Below are positions 37,227-51,549 of a stretch of DNA of 64,000 nt, piece after piece (the first letter of the stretch is position 1; every line of letters starts with the position of its first letter). Where the stretch lies: NCBI GenBank assembly GCA_028534125.1, contig CM052818.1:30196001-30260000 (forward strand), given 5' to 3'. Position numbers and translations under genes: made by a program. This DNA is from Lama glama. Lineage: Eukaryota. The notes under the pieces were generated by a model. The model was given only the letters and a program-made list of their open reading frames with translations. It ran no database searches and was not told where the DNA came from.

Positions 37227-37295
37227 CAATGAGCCAAAACCTAGGGTCCAGAAATGCTCATTTCGGACTTCCAAAACTCCATCCAAGGTAGACAC
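37227..37295 (-). CDS. SLC30A6: SLC30A6 exon 13 (69 nt)
   Basis: gattag|VSTLDGVLEVRNEHFWTLGFGSL|gtatgt. Confidence 0.95.
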
Positions 37296-37370
37296 CTAAT
37301 CAAAAACACAGAAATAGGGTTGTTTGCATTTGACATATTAACACAGTTCAGTCACATTATGGACTTGCTC

Positions 37371-37448
37371 TATGCCTAGAAATGACACGACCAAACCCTA
37401 CATGAAGATATGCCTAGAAACGACACGACCAAACCCTACATGAAGATA
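37371..37448. repeat. 38-bp tandem duplication (2 copies, 1 mismatch)
   Basis: tatgcctagaaa[t/c]gacacgaccaaaccctacatgaaga x2. Confidence 0.95.
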
Positions 37449-38397
37449 CCCATTAGCCAAGAGAAGTCCCAGACCTTTCACTCAAGATACCATTTCTGCT
37501 TGTTCGGTACTGAGTCAGGGCTTTATTTTCCAGTTTCTTACCTGCAGCAGTCTTTGCAGAATCAGGTCTTTACACCCCCATCCCCACTTTGTTCAACAGT
37601 CTATTGTTCTTTTCATTTTATTAGTATGGTATCCAGCACTTGTGGTATTATTATTTTTTTTTTGTCTTCTCGATCATTTCTTTCTCTGAATTTCCTTTAA
37701 CAAATTTCTGTACAACACAGGATGTTATCTGGATGTGGGCCAAAAGGAAATTCCAAAGCCAGATATACTGTGTGTGGCCCACTGGTACAGTGGCGCAGGC
37801 TACATTAGCTGGGACAAGCAGCCAGCTATACTGATCAGAGTGGCCTTTGTGATACTGACAACCAATAGTTTAAAATACTCTCAACATCCAAATTATTTGA
37901 TTATCTTATTTCTTCATTAGTTAACAAGTTGAATTTTATAACAATACAAAATCTAAACCCACAGATAAGATGTTAGGTGGTGAAGCAATCAACCCATAAA
38001 AGTGGCCTCTGACTTAATCAAAATCTTGTTTAAATACAGAATCATAAAAATCACAGCACTTACGCAGCAACAAGTGTGGCCTTAGACCATTACTTTTCAC
38101 ATTATTTCAAGTGAATTTGGCTTCCAGACTGAGCAATTCATCAAATTTTTCTATTTTTGTCACTATGTTATATCTGACTGTGTCATTATAAAGAACACAA
38201 ACTCCTCTAAAATAAAATTCTAAAAAAAGGGTTGAACTTATTTGTACTCATTCTTTGCATTCTCTAGTTATAAACTAAAATGAGTTTTGGCCAATGATTT
38301 GTGAGAGGAATTGATGAGTATCCCTTTCAGAGCCATATTAAACTGCCAGTGCAACACTGCTAAAAAAAGTTTTTTTTTATTTACTACTTCATCTTAC

Positions 38398-38445
38398 CTC
38401 TCTGATAAGTTTGTCCAACTGACCAATAACATGGGGTGGTGTTGT
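38398..38445 (-). CDS. SLC30A6: SLC30A6 exon 12 (48 nt)
   Basis: tcctcag|TTPPHVIGQLDKLIRE|gtaaga. Confidence 0.93.
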
Positions 38446-39362
38446 CTGAGGAAAAAGCAAAATAAATTATCAATCTAGGGAGATAAAAAGACTTTTGAAA
38501 CAGTGGTCCTGACACTTAAAAAAAATGGGTTCTATACCAGTCTTTGCTCTGTTTGACATGTGCCCTAACACAATTTAGAGAAGAGAGGTTTTAACTGGCT
38601 CACTATTGGAGCAACATCAGGAGTCAGCCCATGCTTATTTTTTATCTCACAAAGAAGCTGCTATCTCTAGAACTAAATAAGCCTTAAAGAACCAACCAAT
38701 CAACAAAAAAATCTTTAAGAAAGCAATATTTTGTGTAAGTCATAGCACTATACAACTAGTATCTTATTGTTGTTACTGCATCTGGACAGGCAGATACAAC
38801 CCATAAGTATTAGAAAAGGCATGCAGGAAAGACAGAAGGAAAAGCAGTGCTGACGTATACATCCAGTTCTGGGGAACGACCTTTCTATTCAGGGCCTTGT
38901 TGACAGGTGTTCCTTTCGTTTCAATACATAGTGATTTATCATTTTTTAACTTTTACTCTGAAATTTAAAAGTCTCACTAACTCAAGGATAGGAAATAAGA
39001 AAACAATTATAACCAGATTATACAATAGCCAAAGTATATTTATTATAGGAAAATAAATATCTCAAAAATAATTTTAAGCAATATTGTTTTTACTTGAAAC
39101 ATTATTAGAGGAAAACTTTTTTCGTTTATGATTTTGTCTTACATTATAAATGCATGATGATCTGTGTCTATTTTGTGCATCACTATAATTTCACCTGGTC
39201 CTTATTATACAAATTTCAGAGATTACTGTCTGGCTTCATTTCTAACAGGGCCCTCCAGTGGCTAAAAATTTCACAATCTGGTAGAAGAAACACATATAGT
39301 TTCATAATCTGGTAAAAGAACATGGATAATTTTAAGCATGCACACTGAAAGAAGACCGTTAC

Positions 39363-39465
39363 CTGGAGTAATACTTTCCCACTGTACACGCTCATAGGAT
39401 ACATAGTGCCAAATGTCATCAGTGCAATGGCTATGGCTGAGGCAGTGTCTACAGCAAAATAATTA
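39363..39465 (-). CDS. SLC30A6: SLC30A6 exon 11 (103 nt)
   Basis: ttttag|NYFAVDTASAIAIALMTFGTMYPMSVYSGKVLLQ|gtaacg. Confidence 0.95.
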
Positions 39466-40669
39466 CTAAAAGGAAAAAACAATTCTAAATCTTAAATGTA
39501 TGCTTCATTGGGTTTCTTACAATTTAATCTACTAAACATTAATTATCTAAAGCAACAAGACTGTTTTATCACAGTTGGTCACTACTAGCAATGGGAGCAT
39601 CAAAAAGGAAAAGAATGTTTTCAGAATTCTTTCTTACCAAAGTTTAGTGGAAAATAACTAATAATTATGTTAATTGGTACAAAGAGAGATAATGAAGAAA
39701 AAAAATATGAGCATTTCCCCCCTATGTATTTTCAATCTACTTGTCAACTATAAAGATTTCATATATATCTATTTGCTGCAACAAATAAAAATATTCATAT
39801 GGTAATTTCCGAGAAGGAGAGACTTATGGACTTTATCAGTGATTCTATTTTGCTGTAAACAATAAGTTTCCAATAATTACTATTAAATGTTTTTAAAACT
39901 CCTCAGGAATTTCCCAAGGTGAGATTCTCCAGGAATCTGTTAGAACAACACCGTGACTGAATGCAACATCTCACCAGTAGTTCACTGTTCTTTTAATAAG
40001 ACTGACCAAAATGCTGATGGTTACAAGCTGATCATGTACTCTTTGTCACTTTTTCAAACATATTAGGAATAGAAACATGAATTAAAACATAGTCTCTGCC
40101 TTTGAAATAGCAGGAGATTCACGTGTAAAAAACATAATAAAGGACTTTGGGTACAAAGGAGTCCTACAGGGTATTACGGATGCACAAAGGAGTGAGTGGC
40201 AAGCCTACTGGGGCAGGAATAATCCAGGAAGGCTAAACATAAAAAGAGGTGACATTTGAGCTGAGCCTTCAAAGATGAGCAAGATGATGGGAGTAAGATA
40301 CTGCAGACAGTGAAAGCACCATGTGCAAGGGCATGAAAACCCTGATGCAGCAATGAAACTATAAAGAGTGAAGTATAGACAGATGGATGGATAGCTAGTA
40401 GGTTGGCAGAGGCTTCATCATGCTAACAACTTTTAATTTAATATGCAAAGAAGAGGATTTTGAAACGGGAAAATATTATGTCCAGATTTGCAACTTTTAA
40501 TGATTACATTAGTAGCAAAACAGCAGATAACTACAGATGTACGAGAATAAAAATTGTAAGATCAGAAGACAATTCTAAAAATTAGGCAAAGGAAATGATG
40601 ATAAAGGCTTCAATTCAGGAAAAAGAATGGGAAGAAGAAAAAGATAAATATTAAAAAGAAACATTAAAT

Positions 40670-41155
40670 AAGAGTACTGTTTACAGTAGTCAAGACATGG
40701 AAACAATTTACATGTCTGTTGATGGATGGATAAAGAAAATGTAGTGTACACGTACATGTACATGTACACACACACAATGGAATATTATTCAGCCATGAGA
40801 AAGAAGGAAATCCTGCCATTTGTGACACGGATGGATCTTGAGGGCATTACACTGAGATAAGCCAGACACAAAAGAACAAATATGTATGACTTCATTTATA
40901 TGAAGAACTTAGAGTAGTCAAACTCATAGAGACAGAAAGTAGAATAATGGTTGCCAGGGGCTGGGGGAGGTGGAATGGGTAACAACTGTCTAATGGATAT
41001 AGTTTCAGTTAGGGAAGATGAAAAAGTTCTGGAGACAAATCATGATAATGGTTACACAACAAACTAATGTACTAATGCCTGTGAAAGTACCAAACTGTAT
41101 ATTTAAAAATGGTTAAAATGGTAAATTTTATGTATGTTTTAACACACTTTAAAAA
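40670..41155 (+). mobile_element. L1MB-like 3' end
   Basis: tggaatattattcagccatgagaaagaaggaaatcctgccatttg, tggttgccaggggctgggg, aaaatggttaaaatggtaaattttatg. Confidence 0.85.
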
Positions 41156-41789
41156 CAGAACGCGATGGAATAGATAGTAGTACTCACTTAGATGGGAAAT
41201 ACAAGAAAAAGTAGTTTTGGGGATAGGGAAAATAGGTTCAGTTGAGGTAGACATGAACAGAAGTAAGATTTACTTTTTGGAATTCAACAGAGATCTGGGC
41301 TAGAAATACAGGTGTAGAAATCACACTGAGGTAGCAAATAAAAACAAATAATTGTATGTGATATCCTGGGAGAGTATACAAAAGGGTAGGGAGTCAAAGA
41401 ATCTTGTCATAAAATGTTAAGCTTAAGGCAGCTGTAAAGTCTATTTCCTAAAAGGCCTGCTTTTTAAAAACTGATTCATATCTACTTCTCTTCCCTCGCT
41501 CAGCAACAGCAGCTGTGGTGTTCTCTTTCACTGGCCTGTTCTCATCAGGCCAGCAGTAGGGAATATAAATCGTTTTCCAGTCTGCATTATAGATTGTGGT
41601 GAAAATTTTTCATTGAATCCAACCCCCTTTATTTTTCAGATGAAGACACTTGAGGACAAGACTTGACCCAAAGTTACACAGGGCATAAGCAAATATACTA
41701 TAAACTTAATCCCTATCCGTCCTACCGGTCTCCTTAAAAGTCAGGCCCTAGAAATTGAAACACACTTGATAGCAACTAAAAACACTTAC

Positions 41790-41909
41790 TTAATTTCAAT
41801 TAGCATATATGTAATACAAAGAGCAAATGCTCCAGCAAGATCAATCAAAACAAATGGATTCATCCGGGGAAGGAAGATACTGCTAAGTCCTGGAATAATT
41901 CCACACAAG
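41790..41909 (-). CDS. SLC30A6: SLC30A6 exon 10 (120 nt)
   Basis: tttcatag|LCGIIPGLSSIFLPRMNPFVLIDLAGAFALCITYMLIEI(N)|gtaagt. Confidence 0.95.
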
Positions 41910-42222
41910 CTATGAAAAAACAGACAGAAAGAGTACTCATTAGCAGAATTGTGTATTACTGATGAAAATTTTATAAAAGATGACTTGTATTTTAGTATCA
42001 CATATCTTTTAAAGAAAGCAAAGAGGATTGGAAACAAAACACTCTCACTTGTAAAGGTCTCTTTCGCATCATCAATTAAAAAGAGAAGGTAAAGGGAGAA
42101 TAAGAATTTGATCTGAGATTCATGGAGTGACCTCAGCAATGACTATGTGGTCTTCATGACAGAGGCATTTCTTGTGCATTCCTTCAAAGCTATGTTTATC
42201 ATAAAACCTCGTAACATCTCAC

Positions 42223-42271
42223 CTTCGACTAAGATCCGCAACGTGTTCTTGAAGCCAACTCGTACTAGCAG
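42223..42271 (-). CDS. SLC30A6: SLC30A6 exon 9 (49 nt)
   Basis: tttttaaag|(A)ASTSWLQEHVADLSR(S)|gtgaga. Confidence 0.93.
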
Positions 42272-42789
42272 CTTTAAAAAGAAAGTACTTAAATTACGTA
42301 CATAGAAGAATAAACCACTACCAGAAATACTTAATTTCTTACATTAAAAAAAAAGTTTGGCCTTGACTGTATAACATTACAAGAGGACATGTTATTCCTC
42401 AAGCCTAGAACCTTTTCTCTTTTATGCCCTTCAGATACTAAATGAAAAGCAGTTTCCAACTACAATATATAGCTTACCTGAAGGAATCAGTGAACTTACA
42501 CAGGTCACTGTTACTATTACTTTGAAGTTTTAAAGGCTCATTATACTGTAAAGCAGAGGTTCCTAACCAGTATGCTGAGAATGGGTTGCAGCTCCACCAA
42601 TTACTAACTCCCTCAGCAATCAGAAACAGGTGGGGATCTGGCTACATGCAGACGCCTGCCCAGTCAATGTTCCCGGACAAGTAGCCTCCAGGCTCAGGCA
42701 TCCTCTTACACTTATCTCAGGGTGCTACAGAAATATTCATTTTTTATGTATACCATGATGTAAAAAAGGTTGGCAAGCCCTAAAAACGT

Positions 42790-43005
42790 AGTCTAGTACA
42801 GCAGTTAAGAGCAGACTCTAATGCCAGAATACCTGGCTTCACACCAGCTCTGCCCTTAACTGGATGTGTGGCCTGGGGCAAGAGACAATCTCGCAGTGCC
42901 TCAGGATAAAATGGGGATAATAAAACGATTTATTTTGTATAGGAAGAATTAAATGGGTTCTATGTAAAGCATTTAGCATCTGGCAGTTAGAAAGTGCTCA
43001 GTATT
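42790..43005 (+). mobile_element. MIR SINE
   Basis: gcagttaagagcagactct...ccagctctgccctta...gtgcctcag...taaaatggggataataa...tgtaaagcatttagca. Confidence 0.75.
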
Positions 43006-44499
43006 ATTCTGCACTCAAATTTCAACTAACGTAATAAATCTTGATGTTTCTGGGAACTTCCATTTCCAGTTAATAAAAATACAAACTATAATCTTTCTGG
43101 AAATAAACTTGGCAATATATATCAAAGACCTAAGAAATACTGTATTTTTAACCGATTTATAATTTCTTTTTTGGGAATTTATTCTAAAGAAGAATTAGAA
43201 ATGCATACAAGAAGTTCTATACAAAAAGGTGGTTAAAGCATTATTTATAAAAGGAAAAGTTGGAAATGTGTAACAATAGACTAATGTTTTAAAATATTCA
43301 ATACAAATTATTATGCAAGCATTCAAAAATCATTTTTTCAAAGAGTATTTAATAACAGGCAATAAAAAACAATGGCAACTGAAAAAAGCCAAACATAAAA
43401 TTGAAAATTGACATAATTCAGGTATGTAAAAAATATGTATATGTACACAGAAAAAAGTTAAAGGAACAAAATAGAAATGTTAAGATGTTATCTCTAGGTT
43501 ATGAGTTTATCATAACCCTGATTATCAGTATTGTTTCTTTCTGATCTTCAAAGAGATATAGTTTCCAAATCTTTATACCTTCTTAAAATTTCTAAAATGA
43601 GCATACTATTTTAATAATTTATAGCTTTTTCAAAATAACTCTGATCATCACAAATATCATTATTTAACTTTCTAGCTCATGCAGTAATTCTTAAACTCTA
43701 ATTCATACAAATACAACTCATACTTCATAACACTCATCAAGTTGTTTAAACTTGAATGGGTATTTCAAAAAGCTTTCTTCCCTCGATTGCATTGGTGTTT
43801 AAGTCAGTGAGATCTTAAAAGAACCTCATCTATCTTTGTTTCAAAGTGTGGGTGTGTGGGTCCACGTATAAAGCCCACTTTTTTCTCTTACTTCTCCATC
43901 CATCAATGATTAATCCTTTGTTGGTTAGTAGGATTCCAAGACAATGAAATTACTGAAAAATGCCAATAGTTTAGATGACTGAAGTAAAAAGTCAGTCCGA
44001 ATTTGTAAAGATTTGAAAATAAAAAAATATTTCAAAAGGCATAAAGCTTTGCTACTTTCAAATATATGTCTACCCACCATTTCCCAAGAGAAGTTCCTGG
44101 GAACTTATTCAATTAACAGAATATAATTATTTGCAATGAGCAATTCAACTATTCTAAGTACAATGATGCTTCTAAAATGCTTGCAGTAAACTTTTCTTTG
44201 GTAGGTTATAACATCTAAAATCTCATTCATGTCATTTGGTGAATGAAATTTTTCATTACATATAATCCAACATACACGTCAGTTCTGCCTGTTCCTAAGC
44301 AATGTTACTTTAAAGCTTGAAATAATTTGATTTTGTTTTATAATTCTCTGCCTAGAATAAGACTTTAGAACCTTTGGGGTGGTCCGCTCTTCTCTTTAGG
44401 ATATACTTTCTTGTTGATTTATGAATAAAACAAACAAAAGATTTGTATTTATGAGAGATAAACTGTATTTTTTTATTAACAGTAAATAAAAAAACATAC

Positions 44500-44594
44500 C
44501 TTCAGAGACATAAGCAAAAGGTTTATTCCGAATAGAAAGCATCGTGAAGAGATTGAAAGAAAGAGCCACAAAAGTACCAACTAATAATCTTCCC
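44500..44594 (-). CDS. SLC30A6: SLC30A6 exon 8 (95 nt)
   Basis: ttttag|GRLLVGTFVALSFNLFTMLSIRNKPFAYVSE|gtatgt. Confidence 0.95.
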
Positions 44595-45318
44595 CTAAAA
44601 AGAACAAAATTCATCACTATTTTTTTCTTGGTAATAGTAATACATAATTTCAGCACGCAGAGAGATAAAGAGATGGGAAGGCAGAGTAGTCTGCTTCAAT
44701 GGTTTGATATTTGTAGACCAAGAAATCTCAACTTGGTTTCTAACCCCATGACCCATGTCCTGTCTACAGCTGCTCCATCTGACACAGGGCAAAAAAAAGA
44801 CTCTTAGCATTACTATCTTCTTATAGGTGACTGCTGTTAGAAATAAATTTGTATAAATGCTAATGGTATTTGGTTTACAGTCTACCAGCCAGGTTAGACT
44901 GTCTGAATTAAAATGATCAGAATAGGTAAAGTCTACATAATTGGCAACTATGTGGTAGATAATAATTCTATCTTTTTACAGGTGCTACTAAAAGATTATA
45001 GGGATCAAATCCTAACTTACAGAAGAGTAGATGGGGCTGACTTAGTGTGTTGACCTGGGCCTGGAAATATTGAGGGATCCCAGGTCAGGGTAGAAAGGCC
45101 TTCCTGTCTGGTGAAAAAACATAAGGGCTTGGGAACAGTTAAGGATGAAAAGGAGTCTTGGGATTTGGGGATTTTGCTTGCGAAGTATCAGTAAAATGTA
45201 CATTGCCACACTCTTAACTCTGATATTGGCCAAAGCAACAACTATTTAACAATATACCAATTAATAACTGAGAATCAAACTTAATAGTAAATTATATATG
45301 GCAAAAGCAAAATCTCAC

Positions 45319-45354
45319 GTGTGTATCTCGGGCTGCTCCAAAAAGCGTTCTGCA
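45319..45354 (-). CDS. SLC30A6: SLC30A6 exon 7 (36 nt)
   Basis: ttttag|AERFLEQPEIH(T)|gtgaga. Confidence 0.92.
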
Positions 45355-45835
45355 CTAAAAGAAAGAAATAATGTATTAAATAAATCCTATAAATCATTAA
45401 GTTAAAAGGCTTTATTAAATATATAATTAATCCAGTAAGTTCACAAAATCTTTTACTATGATAACCAAGTATTGATTGTTGGTAGTGACAAGGCAAGGAG
45501 ATTCACAAATTATCAACATGTAATGTCAACCTTTCTCTACCAAATCTGTTTCAATGGGTTTGCATTGGGCATTAAAACATGTCTTACTGTATCACTAACT
45601 TTCATTCACATCTACTTTTGACTGGATTTAGTAGTGTCAAAGAAGGTAATAAAAGAAGGATGAAAAGAAGGGAGAGAAGTCTGAAATATGAAGAAATTAT
45701 ACTAGTAAAACTCCAGTACTGCTCACTTTAATTTGTATATCCTTCAAACCAGATGTGTCTCACTAGATTCTTTCAAGTTCCCGAAGGTGGCATAGGTAGA
45801 ATTTATAATGACAGTAACATCACATACAAATGTAC

Positions 45836-45916
45836 CTTTCTTTTAATATAAAGAGAGCTCCCAACTGTGCCAAGACTGTGGAGGCAAATACAGCCAGGAC
45901 TTCTAACCTTTCAAAT
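45836..45916 (-). CDS. SLC30A6: SLC30A6 exon 6 (81 nt)
   Basis: tttcag|FERLEVLAVFASTVLAQLGALFILKE(S)|gtacat; completes the CDF-family YSFGFERLEVL signature. Confidence 0.95.
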
Positions 45917-46769
45917 CTGAAATCGGAAAATTAATTCAATCAGTTTAATTCTTTCAATTTACAAACTAATATGTCTAAAACACATTCACTCCTTCAATAT
46001 ACATGTGCCTACTATAAGCCAAACACTGTTGGAACAGACTACAGAATTTCTAGAATGATAATAAATAATGAACATCCCAGATTTAGAAAAGAGTGCCTAT
46101 TTGTACAACATATTTTCCCAGGACAGACTTATGGCTCTTATTTTTTAGAAATAACCATTATATTAGTAACAGCTACATTTAATTGACCCATCTTGTGTTA
46201 GACACACTGGTCACAGTGCTTAAAATATTACCTCATCTAAACCACCCAAATTCGTATGAGGGTTACTTTATCCATTTTTTTTTTTTAAAGAGTTAAGTAA
46301 GTTGAAACACAAAGAGAAAACCTAACTGTTTAGAACCACATAGCTAGCAAGTGAAGTTGTCAGGTTTTCAAACTAAGCACTCTGGCTCCAGAGTTCATGA
46401 TTATGACCACTACACTGCCTCTTCTACACATAACTGCAGTTAATTGAGTATGTTTCATAATTCCTAAACTATCAGCTGGAGGCCAGGGCTCTTATTTATT
46501 TTAGTTTTTCCCAAAACACATAGTTTAATGGCATTCAATACTTCTGGTAAGTATAAATGCTTAAAATTTCTCAAGTAAATACTTATCTTCAGAAAAGACA
46601 ATAAAATAATTAAGGATGTTCATCACATTTCTGTTTGTAATAGTGAAGTGTTGGAATTAACAACAGACTACTATGCATTATTAAAAAATAACAATATTTA
46701 TTGATACGGAAAAATGTAAATGATAAAAGTGGTTTATAGGAGAGTACAAAAAAAAGTATGTGAATGCAG

Positions 46770-48175
46770 CAGCAGTATTTGTGGCAATCGATAAGCTGAT
46801 ATTAAAGTACATACAGAAATGCGAAAGGTTTAAAAAAGCAAAGACAATCTGAAGGAGAACAAAGCTGAAAGATTTACACTACCAGACCTCAGGATTTCAA
46901 ATCTACAGTAATTAACAGAGTATAATACTTATTAGCAAGGATACACAAATACACCAATTGAAGAGAAAATATAGTCCAGAAACAAAGTTACACATAGTCA
47001 CTTGATTTATAAAAAAGGTAGCACATAATAGTAGAAAAAGGATGAATTTTTTTCAGTAAATGTTTTATCAAACAAAGCTATACAGAAACAAATGTTGACC
47101 TCTACCTTGACCTCTACCTCAGCCCATACACAACCCATATACAAAAATCAATTCTAGTTTGACTGTAAGCCTAAATGTGAAAGGTCAAACAGTAAGATTT
47201 CTAATAACAAAGTAGAGTATCTCTATGACCTTGAAGCTGGCAAAGATTTCTTGACAAGCACACAAAAAGTACTAACCATAAAGAACAAGACTGATAAACT
47301 GAATTTATCATTGAAATTAAAAACATTTCATTCATCAGAAGATACCTTTAAGAGAATGAAAGAGAAATGGGAGTGAGAGAAGATACTTCTATATTAAGAA
47401 GTTCTATATATCAACAAGAAAAAAAAAACGGGAACCCAATCTAAAAATGGATAAAACATTTTAACAAGCATTTTACAAAAGAAGTAATCTGAATGGTCAA
47501 TAAACATAGGGAAAGTGTTCAAATATTCATCAAGAAAATAACTTAAACCCACAATGAGATATCACTGTTTACCCTAAAATGGCTTAAAAAAAAGAGAGAC
47601 AATACCAACTATTAGTAAGGACATGAAGCAATTAGAACTCTGATTCTAGTGGGAATGTAAACTGGTAAACCCACCCTGGAAAACTGTTTGGTATTATCTT
47701 CTAATGATGAATATATGCAAATCCTATGACTGAGTAATTACTCTCAAAGACATGTGCCCAATATAAATAAGTACACATGTATACCAAAAGACATGTACAA
47801 GAATGTTCATTAAATAATTTTATTTATAATAGTTGAAAGCTGAAAATTACCTAAATTCCTTTCAATAGCTGAACATATAAACAGATTTTGGTATATTCAC
47901 ATAATGGACACATTAGAGCAATGAACAAAAATGAACTACTGTTAAATGAGGGTAATATACTGTAATCCCATTTATATGACTTCAAAAACAGGCAACAATC
48001 ATCTGCAATAACAGCAATCAGAAATACTAGTTACCTTTATCAGGGTTTCACTCTGATTCAACATTAAGTCATTAAGGGAGGCTTTGGGGGGGACTTGTGA
48101 TGTTGTATATTGTGATCTAGATAAGCAGTTATACAGGTATATTCATTTGTTAAAATTTATCAAACTGCACATGGA
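46770..48175 (+). mobile_element. Old L1 (L1MC-like) ORF2 3' part and 3'UTR
   Basis: tttacactaccagacctcaggat, ccatatacaaaaatcaattctag, gtgggaatgtaaactggta, ccaaaagacatgtacaagaatgttcat. Confidence 0.8.
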
Positions 48176-48179
48176 TATA

Positions 48180-49130
48180 ACACAGAACAAAATATACTCC
48201 CTGCTACCATGAAATCTATATTTTAAAGGGGGAGACGACAGAAAACAAATAATTTATAAGTTCTACATAGTAGAACTTATTACAGTAGTCTCATGTGACA
48301 AGGGGCTAATTAGCTGATCTGTTTTAGAATCTACTTTGAATGGGACCCAATCACTTACTGACTTAGCATTTAGTGATATTAAGATCAGAATAACAAAATG
48401 GGCTCACTTCACAAAAATCAGATGATGAGTATTTCAAGTAGAGAGAGTAATTTGTACGAAGATCTACAGCAAGCATGAGTTACATTCAAATTACAAAAAG
48501 ACAGTGTGGTATAGAGGCTGTGAGAGTGGTAATTTAAAAAGAAGTAGGCTAGGTCTAAATCATGTAAGGCCCTTGTAAATGAGAGAAAGGAATCAGGATT
48601 TTATTCTAAGTATGATACGAAACAAATGGATGGTTTTAAGGAGTAGAATGATAGCACAATTTAGGTTTAAAAAAAAAAAACCACTGGCTGCTATATGAAG
48701 AATGGACTATAGGGGGTAAAAACAGAGGCAAGGAGACCAGTTGGGATGCTAGACACTGGTTAACGCAGGAAACAGAGGTAGCTTGTTTACGACAGTAGTA
48801 GTGGAGATAGAAATGGGAGCTGGGGCAGGTTCTGGAGATGTTTGTAGGTTATCTTGCCATAACATGCTGATGGATACATGTGGATGATGAGAAAACAATT
48901 GAAGATTTCACTTGAGCAACTGAGTGGTGGTGTATTTACTAAGATGGAAAAAACTGCAGAGGAACAATCTTGGGAAAAGAAAACAAGAATTTTAGCCTAG
49001 TTTAAAATATTAATTAGACATCCATGTAAAGCTGGCAAGAAGGTAATTAAATTATGAAATGAGACAAATTTCAGGGCTGGAGAACTGGAATTTTGGAATT
49101 ATTAAATATAGATGATACTTTACACTATGT
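48180..49130 (-). mobile_element. L2 fragment
   Basis: ggattttattctaagtatgat, ccactggctgctatatgaagaatggac, cttgagcaactgagtgg, tattaattagacatccatgt. Confidence 0.65.
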
Positions 49131-50434
49131 GATTGACTGCAATTATATTTAATTGTTCCTTTTTTCCCTATTTACTCTAAGCAAGTAGGCCAAAATGGGA
49201 GCTATCATGTCCTTACTTGACTTTGTCTCCTGGTTGCAGTAAATGATCTAAAGACTAATGTCCATACCAGGCTGGACCAACCAATAATATTCTCATAATT
49301 TTAGAACTAGAGTTTGGGGAAGAGTCCTTTCCTCTCTAGGATAAAGATGAGAGGGTTCAAGGTCTTGCTAGAAGTTATCACTGCAGGATAGTGGAAAAAA
49401 GTGGTCTGAGAAACTGAACCTAACGTGCAGAGAAAAGCAGGCCTGAGAGGTAAGAGAAAGACAATGTCTTGAGTGTTCAAGTTCCTATGCCAGTTTACCT
49501 CAGCCTTCACACATGTCCGTTATGTAAACTACCAAAGGCTTCACTTTTTCCCCCAAACTAGTTTGAACTGAATTTCTGTCACTTACAACCAAAAATTTTG
49601 ATGAGAGTCACAGATTTCCATATATAAACATCTATACTTTAAGAGTGAGTACCACAGTAATAATCTAACTCTTATCAAATTTCAGTGACACTTATGAATA
49701 TCTTCATTTTGCATTAAAATTTCATGTTTACTTTGTACCAATGTTTAGGCAAATAAAACCTGATTTTGTGCAAAAGAATATAATCCCAATAATGGTATGT
49801 TGGAGAAGAAGTGTAAGTCTGGTCCAAGAGTTTCTTTACCAAATTAAATTCTTCTTTTAAGTTGTTTCCTTGAATCTGAAAGGAACTCACTTCTTTTCTA
49901 CTGTATTTTTAAAAAATCCTCTGATATAAAGATTACCTACCAACCTTCAACTTTCAGTAATTTCGAAAACTATAGAAACAGGAATCTCAAAATCTTTTTC
50001 AGTCCATTGCTATCATAAATTCAGTCTTAAGATAAAAATACATCTCTACCACTGCATTAATGTTTAAATATATCCCATTTACTTTACTATCTAGAAGATA
50101 ACTTACATGACAATCCTTTGTACTTTAACTGAAATAAGAGATTACCAAAATATTATACAGCTTAATATGAATGCTTTAATATTTCATTTATAAACTAGAA
50201 GAGAACCTGATGTGAACATTTTACTTTAATATGACTTAAATTTAAACATTCATGCTTCTTAACTATACTCCTCTGGGAAGGTGCTTTTTTTATCCACTTT
50301 CTCTATTTGATCACCATTCCACTAAACAGGCAGCATTTATTTTCTAGAAATACTCCAGCTGGCTCTTTACTGTGCAGTATAACTACTATTTTAATAGCAA
50401 AAAATTAGCAGAAAATAAAATAGTTTGAACTTAC

Positions 50435-50500
50435 CCAAATGAATACGCAGGGCTAGGTTTCCTCATCATTACCCAGTAACTGATTAAACATGTTACTAAA
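50435..50500 (-). CDS. SLC30A6: SLC30A6 exon 5 (66 nt)
   Basis: tttacttag|LVTCLISYWVMMRKPSPAYSF(G)|gtaagt. Confidence 0.93.
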
Positions 50501-51549
50501 CTAAGTAAAAAGGAAAATAATTTTAGCATTAGAAATAGAGCTAGAGGAGAACACAAAGAAATTAAATTTTCAGAATACTTAAGCTGTTGGTTATCAGTGT
50601 GTGCAGAGACTAAACCAATAAGTTACTCTGATAATTCATAATCTAATCAAAATAAGCATCCAGATACATGGTAGTTTTAACATGTGGAGAAGCTGAAGTT
50701 TCAATATATCATTAAGACAGTTAAATAAAAACTAAACACATGCTTTCTTTACTCAATAAGTTACCCACCCTAAGTGGTTTCCATAACTGAGCCTGCAAAA
50801 AGTGACACAGTAATAATAAGGGTAATTTGTTTTATCTACACATATGCAATATATTTAACTTCGATAAACTTTATTTAATTTTTTAAAAAAGTTAAAATAA
50901 ATATAATAACACCTTGATAACATTCTAGATGGGATAAAGTTATGGTCATTTTCTTTTTCTTTTTTGGTCATTTTCTAAGTGTAGTGGAGATTCACTCTAA
51001 AACAACTTATTACAGTGTGGAATTCAGGTAACAACTATCTGTTTTAGGCCAATCAAGCAAATTTAGTTACATGACTGATGAAAAGACATTCTTATACTTC
51101 TATGGCACAGATCTTGGAGATATCATCATCTAAGCATTTTGCAACCTTTATATGGAAATATGAAAAGTCCCACAAAGCAGAGCTAAGAGGTTGTCTCTCT
51201 AGCTCACAATTACACATATACTTTGCAGTTATTAATGCCCCTCATTTCTTTTCCCATTTACATGGTTACAGTGGGAACTGGTATATTCTTACATGTTCCT
51301 GCTCCCTGGTCACAGCTGACTCAACTACAGGTAGGCACCTGAAGCACCTGACCTAATGTCTGGGTATCATCTTTTCTGTTGCTATATAAATGGGACATTT
51401 TCTTCTGGAATATCTCCTAATTATTATTTGTATATAAGATCCATGTTGATCATTTTACTCATTTCCTTTAAGTAAAGAAAATTTCATAAATTCAGTGTAA
51501 CAAATTCCTTATTAGCCTCAAAATATTAAGGAGAGTTTTTAATACTTAC

